The notes under the pieces are model-generated. The model saw only the letters and a list, made by a program, of their open reading frames with translations. It was not told the origin of the DNA and did no database searches. Below, in pieces: positions 1 through 12,521 of a stretch of 64,000 nt of DNA. The translations under genes and the position numbers were made by a program. This stretch comes from Octopus sinensis (taxonomy: Eukaryota): NCBI RefSeq assembly GCF_006345805.1, contig NC_043015.1, positions 31,868,001 to 31,932,000 of the forward strand, given 5' to 3'. Each line of letters opens with the position of its first letter. Positions within the stretch are counted from its first letter, which is position 1.

Positions 1-548
1 TCTCCGTAAATCTATATTCATGTTTTTTTTTTCATTTAATCTACTTGGTATTTCACTGTCTGTCAGACCCTTAGCCTCACCATAATCCGGGATTGAACTG
101 CAGACGACCTAGTTGTCACATATTTTAATTCATGTTCTCTACACACATTACTTTTGGTTGCAATATTGAACATTCTTTCAAATGGTTACTCTGACCTCTT
201 TTCGTCTCCACCCCCCACCCCCCGTATTCAAAACACCTACCCCTTACTGCTCTTGTTGCTCTCAAGGTTACATCAAATACCACTATTCTATGTTGACAGA
301 TGACAGCTCATACCATTGTCTACGATACACTTCCCTCAACGGCCACATCTATTCATTAATACAAACTTAATACTCACCACTATTTCAGGATTTTATTTCT
401 TGAATGTGGTTTGGATATTCGCTTATTTTTTTATAAACTAGATTTTCATTTTTGGTACTAACGATCGTTTTGACTGGGTACAAGGCCAACTTGGTTTTTT
501 TTAAATTTTACTTGTGTTAGTCATTGGACTGCAGCAAAGCTAGGACAC

Positions 549-784
549 TACCTATTTCTTTACTACCCACAAGGGGCTAAACATAGAGTGGACAAACAAG
601 GACAGACAAAGGGATTAAGTCGATTACATCGACCCCAGTGCATAACTGGTACTTGTTTAATCGACCCCGAAAGGATGAAAGGCAAAGCCGACCTCGGTGG
701 AATTTGAACTCACAAGGTAACGGCAGACAAAATACCGCAAAGCATTTCACCCGGCATGCGAACGTTTCTGCCAGCTCATCACCT
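549..784 (-). mobile_element. SINE family A (tRNA-like head, central GCCTTTCATCCTTTCGGGGTCGAT domain), monomer
   Basis: Reverse complement has A-box-like GAGCTGGCAGAA, B-box GAGTTCAAATTCC and tail GTAGTAAAGAAATAGGTA; same sequence recurs at many loci in the window. Confidence 0.85.
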
Positions 785-789
785 TTGAA

Positions 790-1470
790 GGGCTTAATAA
801 AAAAAACTGACCCCAGTGCTCATTTTTTTTTAAAGCCTGGTAGTTATTCTATCAGTCTCTTTTATTGAACTGCTAAGTTATGGAGAAGTAAACAAACCAG
901 CACCAGATGCCAAGTGGTGGTGGGGGACAAATACAAACACACACATATATATACACTAGCAGTATCGCCTGGCGTTGCTCGGGTTTGTAAGGGAAATAAC
1001 TATAAAGGATTTTTTAGAGAGTTATAGCCAAAAAATAGCAACAAAATGGAAAAAAAAGATGGTAAATTTTTTTTGATAGTTAAAAAGGTGGTTTGTATTT
1101 CTGATTGTCGACCCCATGTTGAATTTATCGATCTTTTTCAGAACTGGGGGAACTTTTCAAAATTTTCGCTGCGTTAGTTTTGAATTATGACATTGGGCTA
1201 TGTGTGTGTCAAGTTTCATCAGAATCGGTTGAAAGCCGTAGTCAGAGTGAGGGTACAAGCAAACAGACACACAGAAACACACACAGACAAACTGCCGTTT
1301 ATATATAGAGAGATATAGTGCACAAGAGGCTTTTTTTTCAGTTTCTGTCTACCAAATCCACATACTGATTGGCTGGGGCTATAGTAGAAGACACTTGTCC
1401 AAGGTGCCATGCAGTGGAACTGAACCTGGAACCATGTGGGTGGGAAGCAAACTTCTTACCATACAGCCTC
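790..1470 (-). mobile_element. Old SINE family B copy split by a Helitron insertion
   Basis: 3' half at ~790-955 and 5' half (CORE-like CTTGGACAAGTGTCTT, tRNA-like head) at ~1314-1470 match family B copies elsewhere. Confidence 0.75.
956..1313 (-). mobile_element. Non-autonomous Helitron
   Basis: Minus strand starts A|TCTCTCTATATA and ends CCCGAGCAACGCCAGG hairpin + CGATACTG-CTAG|T: 5'-TC, 3'-CTAG, subterminal hairpin, A|T site, no TSD. Confidence 0.75.
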
Positions 1471-1485
1471 ACCTATGTCTTTATA

Positions 1486-1678
1486 CTCTTTTACTTGTTT
1501 CAGTCATTTGACTGTAGCCATGCTGGAGCACCACCTTTAGTCGAGCAAATCGACCCCCGGACTTATTCTTTGTAAGCCCAGTACTTATCCTATCGGTCTC
1601 TTTTGTCAAACCGCTAAGTGACGGAGACATAAACACACCAGCATCGGTTGTCAAGCAATGCTAGGAGGACAAACACAG

Positions 1679-1724
<46 letters not shown>

Positions 1725-1888
1725 GACGGGCTTCTTTCAGTTTCCATCTACCAAATCCACTCACAAGGCTTTGGTCGGCCCGGGGCTATAGTAGAAGACA
1801 CTTGCTCAAGGTGCCACGCAGTGGGACTGAACCCAGAACCATGTGGTTGGTAAGCAAGCTACTTACCACACAGCCAATTCTGCGCCTA
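1486..1888 (-). mobile_element. SINE family B (tRNA head + CORE-like domain + internal microsatellite + hairpin tail), full length
   Basis: Head TAGGCGCAG(G)A..GGCTGTGTGGTAAG, GGCACCTTG(A/G)GCAAGTGTCTT CORE-like motif, tail CAGCATGGC..CAGTCAAATGACTGAAACAAGTAAAAGAG; more than 15 copies in window. Confidence 0.9.
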
Positions 1889-2363
1889 TGGGGAAAATTA
1901 GAATACAAAATCAACCGAAACATGTAACAGGTGCCTCAATTCATTGATTACAGGAAAAATTCATGGATGACAGATAAAATCAATTTTGAATGAGTTTTGG
2001 AATTACAAATAAAGACAACAGAAATCAAATAAATGTTTTTAGTTAGTTATTCAAAGCCGTTTCTGTTACCTTTAAGCAATTATTGAATTTAATTAGTTGG
2101 AATGGTAAGAATTATAAAGAATATTATTTCTTAACCCTTTCATGGCTATATTTCTGCTTGTTTATTCCAATCAATATTAGGAAATAACAAAAACTTTTGA
2201 AGGATTTAGCTTAACAACTTTGTCCTTTAGACTAACAACTTGCAAGCTTTAGGTTTGGATCCACTTGATGCCTTTTATTGTTATTCAGACAGGGCCTGTA
2301 ATTCTATGCATCTCTGGATATTTGACTCATGTTTTGGACTAGACTGTTAGGTATAGATCCCAG

Positions 2364-2517
2364 ATATCTTTGGAATGTTTCTTTATATAAGACTGGACCC
2401 TTCCTATCCAGGGAAAATTTATACCTCATCTAGGAGCTATATATCTTTGAAATGTTTCTTTATATAAGACTGGACCCTTCCTATCCAGGGAAAATTTATA
2501 CCTCATCCAGGAGCTAT
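2364..2517. repeat. 77-bp near-perfect tandem duplication
   Basis: 2364-2440 and 2441-2517 differ at 2 positions. Confidence 0.9.
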
Positions 2518-3050
2518 ACACCCATCTTAACATTGCCTTGGTTCCCTGAGAGACACTGTTGCTGGCTGTTATATAATGGCATTGTTAAACTCCAACAGAC
2601 CTATTAAGACATTCCATCCATGTCCATTCTATCTTGTTTCAGGAATAGTTTCTCCACAATCTTATTATTTAAACTGTCCTGTAATTTACAAGGGAGAATG
2701 GAACAACCTGAGGGGAATTTGGCTATTATTTCCAGCAGTGAAGCAACCACATAAAGCTTCTGACCGTTACAAGAACATTACTGGTGACTCGGTTAACTTT
2801 ACAATATAACTATGGAAATGGTATTATTACTTTTGGACAAGGAATATTTCTTACTTGAGTCTGTTAGAGCCACTTACATGGTCGAATGGTTAACACTTGA
2901 AACAGTATTTAGTTGTTGAATAGTTTCTTCAAAAGTTGGAAGAAAGAAAGGAGAAAGAGGAGTAAGGAGAGAGAGAGAGGAAGTGAGAAAGAGAGGAGAG
3001 AAAGGAAGAAAAGAGAACAAATATGAAATGTGTGTGTGTGTGTACATATA

Positions 3051-3808
3051 TAAAGTGCATTCCAGAAGTTATGAAACTTTTTCTTTAGGAGAGGCAGTTA
3101 TAAGGGCCTAGATTATTGTAATCTTTGTATATCACTGCAACTAATAAGCTGACCTGCCACCTTTTTATATTCCAGACTGAAGGAGATGGCTTGTAACAGT
3201 ACTGTGAACACTCCTTACAAAACACTGCTTATCACAGTTGACTAGTTTGAAAGATGCAGTCAGGCATGAAAGTCAATTTGAGAGCTCACTGTACCATAAA
3301 GTTTTGTGTTAGACTGGGCAAAAATGGGACTTGAACTTATGAAATGCTTCAGACTGCTAATGGATTAACTTGTTTAAGCCAAGCACCTGTTTTTTGCTGG
3401 CATAAGAGGCCACACTAAGCAGATCCACCAGGAAGCGATCTCCTCTTTCAAACAACAAGGGCATCGTCTACAGCCAATGGGTTCCCTCTGGCCAGACAGT
3501 CAACGAAGAATACTTTGTGGGGGCTTTGAGTGAATTCAAAGAGATTTCAATGCAAAAGGAGGCCTGACCATCTACATTAGGACAATGCATCAGTCCAAAA
3601 TTCCACTCTAGTAACCAAACTACTTGACCGAGATGGGCATCAGAACTGTCCTTCACCGTCCCTACAGCCCAAACCTTGGTCACTGCGACTTTTTGGTTGT
3701 TCCCAAGCTGAAGGAGACGACAAAGGTTGTGACATGGATCCTGGTGACCTTCACTTTGGAGGACATTCACAGAGCCTTCAACAAGTGCACGGAAGCCAGA
3801 GGATCCTA
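3051..3808 (+). mobile_element. Decayed, internally deleted mariner (DD34D-type) transposon
   Basis: Hand translation gives KFCVRLGK..TYEMLQ (HTH start), WVPSGQTVNEEYF, H*DNA and LHRPYSPNLGHCDF..PKLK, which are mariner motifs with stops and frameshifts. Confidence 0.85.
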
Positions 3809-4666
3809 CACACACACACACACACACATCTAAAAATGTTCATATACATGTGTATTAGTCAGCGTATTCATGTATATGCATGCCAGTCTAGTCCGATACA
3901 ATCATGTTGATATTTGTATTTAAACTTACATCTATGTATACATGAACAATGCAAGGTATGCAAGGTGTAAAAATCCAAAAGTAGACTATATATATTCATA
4001 TATATCACACACATACAAATACAAGTAACATATATATATGCACTGGCATGCTAATGTATAAATCTGCAAGAATGGGTACATATATATATATATATATATA
4101 CATGTATGTAAATCAAAGTTGTGTGTTTATGAATATGCATGTAGTGTATGAACCAGAAGAACATTGACAAAAAACTTTCAGTAAAAAAAACAACCCCCCA
4201 CCCCGATCTGTACTAAATTGTCTGTCCTTGTGGAAAGAGAGAGAGAGAGAGAGATGTCAGTTAATATAAATCTCAGGTGAACAAACAATTTTCAAGTAAC
4301 TTTTACTATGTCAACTGTGCAGAGCCAGCTGTGGTCTCCAAGCTGACTCATCATCGTCACAGCCTTTCTTTCTGGCTTCAAACACTGCCTCTGCCACCAC
4401 CACCACGACCCCCCCCCCGGCATTTATTTAAGCCTCTGGCACCAACAGCAACAATGGCTTTGTGTGCTTAAGATAAATATTTTAACTGGGAATAAATGAA
4501 ATTAAAACAGAGCGGGAGACTCAGAACTGGAAAATAAAACTTTTGGGGAGATTAGGTGGCTGTGAGATTAAGGTGGTCCCAAAATACAGATCACAAAGTT
4601 TATGGTTTCAACTATTGTTGCGGATGTTACAAGATGGCCAACACGGGCTGCTTTCAGAGGGTGACC

Positions 4667-5465
4667 TAGAAATAGCAGTCAAATATCCCTCAAATGATAA
4701 TCTACTGTCTTAAAGGACAAAAACAAAGAAAGGAAACATTGGACAACGTATTCTAAGATGCACTATGACTAAATAAAGATGGGAATGCTTTCTGATCATA
4801 AAGTCTGTTTGTCCAAGGCTGACCCGGGGCTAAACAACAATAACAATTAAAGCATACCTATTTCTTTACTACCCACGAGGGGCTAAACACAGAGGGGACA
4901 ATCAAGGACAGACAAACGGATCAAGTCGATTACATCGAACCCAGTGCATAACTGGTACTTATTTAATCGACTCCGAAAGGATGAAAGGCAAAGTCGACCT
5001 CGGCGGAATTTGAACTCAGAACGTAACGGCAGACGAAATACCTATTTCTTTACTACCCACAAGGGGCTAAACACAGAGGGGACAAACAAGGACAGACAAA
5101 CGGATTAAGTCGATTATATCAACCCCAGTGCATAACTGGTACTTAATTTATCGACCCCAAAAGGATGAAAGACAAAGTCAACCTCGGCAGAATTTGAACT
5201 CACAACGTAGCGGCAGACAAAATGCCGCTAAGCATTCCGCCCGACGTGCTAACGTTTCTGCCAGCTCGCCGCCTTAGAAATAGCAGTCAAATATCCCTCA
5301 AATGATATTCTACTGTCTTAAAGGACAAAAACAAAGAAAGGAAACATTGGACAATGTATTCTAAGATGCACTATGACTAAATAAAGATGGGAATGCTTTC
5401 TGATCATAAGTTTGTTTGTTCAAGGCTGGCCTAGGGCTAAACAACAATAACAATTAAAGCATACC
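4667..5465. repeat. ~190-bp direct repeats (4667-4858, 5275-5465) flanking a SINE-A dimer
   Basis: TAGAAATAGCAGTC...TTAAAGCATACC present twice, roughly 95% identical by eye, directly abutting both ends of the SINE. Confidence 0.9.
4857..5274 (-). mobile_element. SINE family A dimer (full unit + headless second unit)
   Basis: Junction AAAGAAATAG|GTATTTCGTCTGCC on minus strand near 5040. Confidence 0.9.
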
Positions 5466-5859
5466 ATTCAGTATTACAAAAATAACAAGAAAAAGCATGT
5501 CCAAACCAGGTTCAATCTTCTTTGTTACATGACGACATTTACATCGTTAAATATTTGGTGTCTAATTAGCATAGGTTATCTACAGTCACCATCATAAATC
5601 ATCACATTTGGTAATTAGAAACATACCAAACAAATGATGGAGCCTGTATGTAGTTGTTAAACCTGCTAGAATTAGTAACCAAACAGCCCTCAAATCACAC
5701 TCATGTCCACTTGATCAGTACTGAACTGGACCTAAAAACACCACCATTGCTACCACCATTATGGGCCTACAAAGCAATGACATCAAAATTATCTTTAAAT
5801 GGAATCTTAACATATCGATAATTCTTTAACCTTTTAGCATTTAAACTGGTCATAACCAG

Positions 5860-6470
5860 CCCCTCCATAAGGTCAAATAACCCACCACAAAAGTGTGAAG
5901 GGGAAGCAAGCACTGTCCATCTATCAAGAGTGACTAAAATATGTGCCTCTTCATAAGGTCAGTTAACCATCACTCAAGTATGAAGTAGAAGGAATCACCA
6001 TCCATCCATCAAAAGTGACTAAAACAAGTGCCTCTTCATAATGTCAACTAGTCATCACTCAAGTACAAAGTGGGAGGGAGAATTTTCCATTTATGACAGG
6101 TAACTAAAACAGGTGCTTCTTCATAAGGACCACTTAGCCACCACTCAAGTGTGAAGTGGAGGAGTTACTGACCATCCATCAAAGATCACTCAAATGTGAA
6201 GTCGAAGGGATACTGGTCATTACTCAAGTGCAAAGGGAGAGGGAGAATTTTCCATCTACGAAAGGTAACTAAAACAGGTGCATCTTCATAAGGATCAAAA
6301 TAGCCACCACTCAACTGTGAAGTGGAAGAGAAATTGACCATCCATTTGAGGTCACTCAAATATGAAGTGGGAAGAATACTGACCATCCATCAAGGGTGGA
6401 TGGCCTCATAAGGTAAGCAAGTCACCGCTCCAGTGTGGAATAGGATAGATGCTGACCACTCTTCAATGCT
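5860..6470. repeat. Degenerate ~85-bp minisatellite, about 6-7 units
   Basis: CTTCATAAGG anchor at 5863, 5949, 6034, 6119, 6284 and ~6404; shared CACTCAAGT..AAGT and CCATCCATC blocks. Confidence 0.8.
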
Positions 6471-7692
6471 GCTTATGACAGCCCATCAAAGGTGATGACA
6501 GCATCAATCCAAGACATTCACCCTCCTCTCTCTCCAGCATATTGTTTCTCATGGGAGCATACACGGCTGACAAAACCCGATACTAGATAGGCAGATCTTG
6601 TGGTACGAAGGGAACTGAAAGTGACCCTGAACAACAGCCACAAGAGGTTGATAATGATGTCCCCTCCTCTCTTCAAGCAGTCCCCTGAGTTTGGTTTCAA
6701 AGCACTCTGTACCAGCATCACACACAGACTTCTATGCCTTCCAATTAACATCCAGGGGCTCCAACCAATGAGGCTGCTCTTGACTGAACAAACCAAAGCA
6801 ATGGGTTTTATCTAAAAAGGACAGAGTAATATCAAAACTAAAAATTATAATATATCTCTTCACTCAGGACTATGAGTGGCTTATAGTTGGATGTTCTTTT
6901 ATAAAATCAACTATAAATTCCAAATGGTGAACTGGTGCCAATTTTTTGGCTTGGTAAACCCAAAACAAAATTAATGAAATATTTTGCCTCAAAGGAAGAC
7001 TGGAGACTTAACCATATTAAAGTGTTTATATTAAAATTAAAATCTGTCAAAAACCTCATTATATAAGTTGAATGATATCCAAAAGACTTCAGTTGGTCAA
7101 CACCAGCAAAGCAATAATGAGATGAAGAAGCCAGAATGTGGTCACTTGATCTGCTAGAAATAGAAGATAAATCTCCCTCAAATCACTTTCAATTCTCTCA
7201 CAGAAAGGAGAAACACTTTGGATAAAGCAATCCTAGACACACAGTTTTTGAATAGATGATGGGTGTACCCTAGCATACATCTGCTTAGCCACAATAACGA
7301 TTAAGAAGAAATCCGCACCAAGAATTGTTTTGAAGTGGTAAAGATGTGTTGTCTTCAACTGCACACACAAGGAACACAAGTGACTGCTCCCATCATCATC
7401 ATCATAATCTAACATGCATATTTCCATGCCTGCAAGGGTCAAATAGAATTTATTGAGGCAGATTTTCTATGCCAAGAGGCTCTTCCTATCACCAAACCTC
7501 ACCTAATTCTAAGTAAGATAATATTTTCCCAAAGCTAAACATGTTTTCCATGGAAGGGTGCAAGTGAACAACCTTGTTTGCATGATGATGATGATGCTCT
7601 TTAACAATCATTACATGATGGCTGTAAATGATGTCTAGAATAGGGTACATACAAACACACACACACACATAAAGGGCTTCCACACAGTTTCT

Positions 7693-7922
7693 TATTTCTT
7701 TATTGCCCACAAGGGGCTAAACAGAGGGGACAAACAAGGACAGACAAACGGATTAAGTTGATTAGATCGACCCCAGTGCGTAACTGGTACTTAATTTATT
7801 GACTCCGTAATGATGAAAGGCAAAGTTGACCTCGGCGGAATTTGAACTCAGAACGTAACGACAGACGAAATATGGCTACTCATTAAGCCCACCGTGCTAA
7901 CGTTTCTGCCAGCTTGCCGCCT
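7693..7922 (-). mobile_element. SINE family A inserted in an older family B copy
   Basis: Matches family A; flanks carry B-type sequence and an imperfect duplication CTTCCA...AGTTTCT. Confidence 0.8.
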
Positions 7923-8050
7923 TCCATGCAGTTTCTACCAAATTCACTCACAAGGCTTTGGTTGACCTGGAGCTATAGTAGACACTTCCTCAAGGTACCC
8001 TGCAGTGGGACTGAACCCCAAACTACATGATTGAGAAGCAAGCTTCTTAA

Positions 8051-8270
8051 CCCTGTAGCATTCAGATTATTCTGTCAAATGTAACACTTCTTTATTCACA
8101 TTGTCTTGAGTTTATCCTGCATCATCTTGTAGCCTTGAGATTTCAATTATATGACTGTAAATTTTTTAGACTAACATTGTAGGGTAGGTGTGAGAGGCTG
8201 GATCTGGCCAGTTTGAACATAAAAACGAAGAATATTTTGGCCAGATGTGGCTGGTTTAAATGCTAAAGGG
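8051..8270. mobile_element. piggyBac-type MITE (family K)
   Basis: TTAA|CCCTGTAGCATT ... AATGCTAAAGGG|TTAA: TIRs starting CCC and TTAA TSD. Confidence 0.8.
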
Positions 8271-9304
8271 TTAAGCTCACACCTATACCTGTGCCTATGT
8301 CTAAAGACAATTTTCAGAACAATGTCACATGTGGGTTGTGGTTGTCACATGTGGGATACCACATACATATTAAGGTCATTATTCTGTACTGAAATAGGTC
8401 TTTGAGTCGACCCACAAAACTCACGATACAGAGAAATTCACAGCACCAGCTTTGGATACCAGGAAAGTAAAAAGGCAAAACAAATATTGAAAAGTATTTT
8501 GTCCAACACTTTAACAATTCTGCCAATCCATTCGATTGGTACTTATTTCATTGATTCAGAAAGAATGAAAAGTAAAGTTAACCTTAGTAGAATTTGAACT
8601 CTAAACGAAAAAAACAAAAAACAAGGCATTTTGTCCAATGCTCTTATAATTTCACTAACCACTGCCTGAGACTGCTACTTTATTTTATTGAACCCCCAAA
8701 AGTTGGCCTTAAAAGGATTAGGACTGAGAAATGCAAAGAGATGGAATAAATACTGCAAAGCATTTTGTCTGACATTCTACCATTTCGACAACTATTGTAA
8801 GAAAGAAGTTATAACAACACTATTAAACGAGAAGCAGATATGATACAAACTGTAGACATATTGCCAATGAAACCATAATCATATATGTGAGTGTGTATAT
8901 GTGTGTGTAAATATAAATATATATATATGAAAGAGAGAGAGAGTGTAATATTAAGGATAAGTCTAGAATAAGGTCAGGACTTTTATTGACATTTTTTATG
9001 ACAAATAGTATTATGTCCCCAGACATTGGAAGGATGAATAATAATGTTTTACGTAAATCAATAAAAAAGGTCAGCAAGTTCAAAATCAGTTTGAAAATGC
9101 CAAAACCATGCGTAAACTGTAAGAATGGCAATGCTTGAGGTCTGGTGATGAGGTCTGGTGATAATAGATTTTTACACGTTCAAAATTGGTTTCTAAAAGC
9201 ATAAAAATCAGAAAAGATTATAACCTAAATTTATAGGGAGAAAATGGGAATTTCTAAAATCACATTTTAAAAATGTATTTAGAAAATTTGAGTTTATGTC
9301 CTAT

Positions 9305-9895
9305 CTTTTATCTTTTACTTGGTTCAGTAAGTAAGACTGTGGCCATACTGGGGCACCACCTCGAAGAATTTTTAGACAAATGAATTGATCCCAGTACTTA
9401 TTTCTTTTTAAGCCTGGCACTTATTCTATCATCCCCCCTTTTGACAAACTGCTAAGTTACAGGGACATTAACAAACCAAAACCAAATTGTCAAGTGGTGG
9501 TGGAGACAAACACAGATACACACACACAGTGGGCTTCTTTCAGTTTCCATTTACCAAGACTATAATAGAAGACACGGCAAGCTGGCAGAAACGTTAGCAT
9601 GCTGGGCGAAGTGCGTAGCCGTATTTCGTCTGCCGTTACATTCTGAGTTCAAATTCCGCCGAGGTCAACTTTACCTTTCATCCTTTCAGGGTCGATAAAT
9701 TAAGTACCAGTTACGCACTGGGGTTGATGTAATTGACTTAATCCATTTGTCTGTCCTTGTTTGTCCCTTCTATGTTTAGCCCCTTATGGGTAGTAAAAAA
9801 CTATATAATAGAAGACACTTTCCCAAGGTGCTACATAGTGTGACTGAACCCAGAACCATGTGGTTGGAAAGCAAACTTCTTACCACCCGGCCAAG
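9305..9895 (-). mobile_element. Old family B SINE, host of a family A insertion
   Basis: B-type tail, microsatellite and head on both sides of 9576-9803. Confidence 0.7.
9576..9803 (+). mobile_element. SINE family A monomer with 15-bp TSD
   Basis: TATAATAGAAGACAC at 9561-9575 and 9804-9818. Confidence 0.9.
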
Positions 9896-10174
9896 CCTGT
9901 GTCCATTTATATTTTTAAATGTATGGACTTTTTAAATACTGTTTGACTCCCACTGTATATCAATTGAGCTTCAAAAGATATCAATTCATATTTTTAAGAG
10001 GGCATTGGTTGATTAGTTAATAAATTGTATGGTATACACCTGGTAATTTACTAGTAAAGAACATTCACTTTCTCAGTGTTCATCAGATAATTGATTAATG
10101 AGAGAGGGGTGTATTTCGGGGTCACATCCATTTCAGTAATACCACTGTACGCACCCCAACAATCAGAATATATG

Positions 10175-10385
10175 GTCATACTGCCTGACTGGCCCTCGTG
10201 CTGGTGAAACGTAAAAGCACCCATTACACTCTTGGAGTGGTTGGCGTTAGGAAGGGCATCCAGCTGTAGAAACTCTGCCAGATCAAGATTGGAGCCTGGT
10301 GCAGCCATCTGGTTCGCCAGTCTTCAGTCAAATCGTCCAACCCATGCTAGCATGGAAAGCGGACGTTTAAACGATGATGATGATG
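10175..10385 (+). mobile_element. Family C: 5'-truncated RTE-type 3' end with (GAT)n tail
   Basis: GGTTGGCGTTAGGAAGGGCATCCAGCTGTAGAAAC...CCATGCTAGCATGGAAAGCGGACGTTTAAACGATGATGATG; a related tail follows RTE ORF remnants at 47613-48022 and 61808-62690. Confidence 0.75.
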
Positions 10386-11783
10386 GAAGATTTGAGAATG
10401 TTTATTGATTTCTACAACCATTTCAACCCCTCTAGCATCGATCCCTCACAGGTAGGATGCTGAACATTTGGTTTAGGTGTACCTGTTGGTGTAGATGTTC
10501 TCCTCCGGTGATAACACGTGTGTGTGTGTGGATAGAGAGAGAGAGAAAAAGAGGTGATACTGTATACACCTATAAGAACTCCTCCTCACTGCTTCATCCA
10601 AAACAATTTCCTGTCTCAACAACACCAACTGATCGTTTCAGTGCAATAGGACAGCTTGATCGGGGAGGTCAAAATATAATGGTCAAAGTCTTCTTCTTAA
10701 GTGTGAGGGGTACATTCAAAATATTACATTTCACAGAAGCAAATCAGAATCTATCTATCTATCCGCTCAGTCGAAGTCGACTCTCGGTCACTCGTTAGAT
10801 CAGTGTCCTCCAGTCAGTTCTATCCTGGGCCGCTTCTTTCAGATTGACTATGTCCATTCCGGTATCTCTCTTGATGGGGGAGGGGGGGCGGATACCGGAA
10901 TCAGAATCATGTCACGGAAAAAGATCTGTTGTAAACCTATAAAATCCATGCCAATACGGAAAAAAAATGTTAAATGACAATGATGGCAATGATGATGAAT
11001 ACAGTGATATTGTCAGTTTGTCTGAGATGCCCTCAGCTTCATAGTCTTACAAGTAGCACAACAACAGGTGTCAGCTAAGACAGACAAAGCAGGTTCTGGA
11101 CCAGCCAGCGGTGAGGACATGACACATTGATGGTTAAGAAAACAAAGAACAAATGTCAAATGGTTCGGTTACTGACTGGAATAAGATGTAGGCTAAGAGA
11201 AACCTGAATTGGAAGTAGTCTGCTTGTCTCAAAGACCTGGTGTTGACATGGAAACTATTTAGAGAGACATCCGGGGTGGGGTGGGGGGAATTAACAGGGT
11301 GAGAGAGAGAAAGAAGATGTGTCATGCAACTGGTGTGAAGGTGAGAAAAGATTTGACAGACAGCAATGGTAGTGAATTGGTCGATAGCTGTGGTGGTGGT
11401 GGAGAAAACCAAAGTGATGGAGGAGGAAGAGAAGTGATGGAGGAGGAAGGGGAAGTAATGGCTGTTCTTGAAATCTCTGTTGTTTAGCTTCCCCGTTAAG
11501 GCCTTATTGAATAGACAGCCAATCAAAGGCATCCTAATAGTGAGAATGCAATCTATTCTTTATTAAACCATGTGCAATGTATAAAGAACACTATCCAATG
11601 TACGCTTCTACAGATAAATATGTAGGGTGAGATATGAGAGGTTTAGCTGCTATTTCTAGCAAGTTGAGAGAGCAAAAAAGTTTCCTAAAAATTTTTTTTT
11701 TTGTTTTGCTGACCCCTGCAGTCCTTCAGATGGAAAAAGGCAAACTGTAATAGCAGCAGTAACAAACATCCAAGCAGACCAAC

Positions 11784-11817
<34 letters not shown>

Positions 11818-11883
11818 ACGCCCGCATGTGCGTTTGTGTGTATACACACACACACACACACACACAAATATATATATACATCT

Positions 11884-12110
11884 GCGAGCTGGCAGAAATG
11901 TTAGCACGCCGGGCGAAATGCGTTACCGTATTTCATCTGCCGTTACGTTCCGAGTTCAAATTCCGCCGAGGTCGACTTTGCCTTTCATCCTTTCGGGGTC
12001 GATAAATTAAGTACCAGTTACGCACTGGGGTTGATGTAATCGACTTAATCCCTTTGTCTGTCCTTGTTTGTCTCCTCTGTGTTTAGCCCCTTGTGGGTAG
12101 TAAAGAAATA
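11884..12110 (+). mobile_element. SINE family A monomer
   Basis: Full match to family A, between microsatellites. Confidence 0.9.
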
Positions 12111-12521
12111 TATATATATATATATATATACATACATACACATACATACATGCACCCCCCCCCATATATATACACACAATCTTGCATGCACATGTATTAT
12201 TAATTTCAGGCCTTGTGTCTATAGTTGAAAGGGATTTGAGAATGACCCTGAAACCATGCGCTTAGCAAAGCAAGCTTCTTGACCATACAACCGTGCTAAG
12301 GAATAATTTACAGCTATTAAAACAGCAGCTGTTAAACCCCCAGACCAATCCCGGGTAAGCAAACCTATAAAGAGAGGCATTCCAACCATGCCCATTCTGA
12401 CATTTTAGGATTTATGTAATAAAATTATTTTGGACCTTAGCACACAGCAACTTACTGGTAACCACAATGTGTCAATTTATGAGAATTACAAGTCTGTATA
12501 GTGATGTGGAGAGTGTGTATA

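Noticed and set aside
2540-2810. Possible Penelope/LINE remnant, also 6500-6800, 38130-38260 and 49820-50210
   Set aside because: Only faint motif resemblance; I could not reconstruct a convincing frame by hand.
4857-5274. Retrozyme (hammerhead-containing tandem) interpretation of SINE A multimers
   Set aside because: I found no CUGANGA...GAAA core on either strand of the unit.
5860-6470. CRISPR-like array
   Set aside because: Eukaryotic context; whole units are homologous, with no unique spacers.
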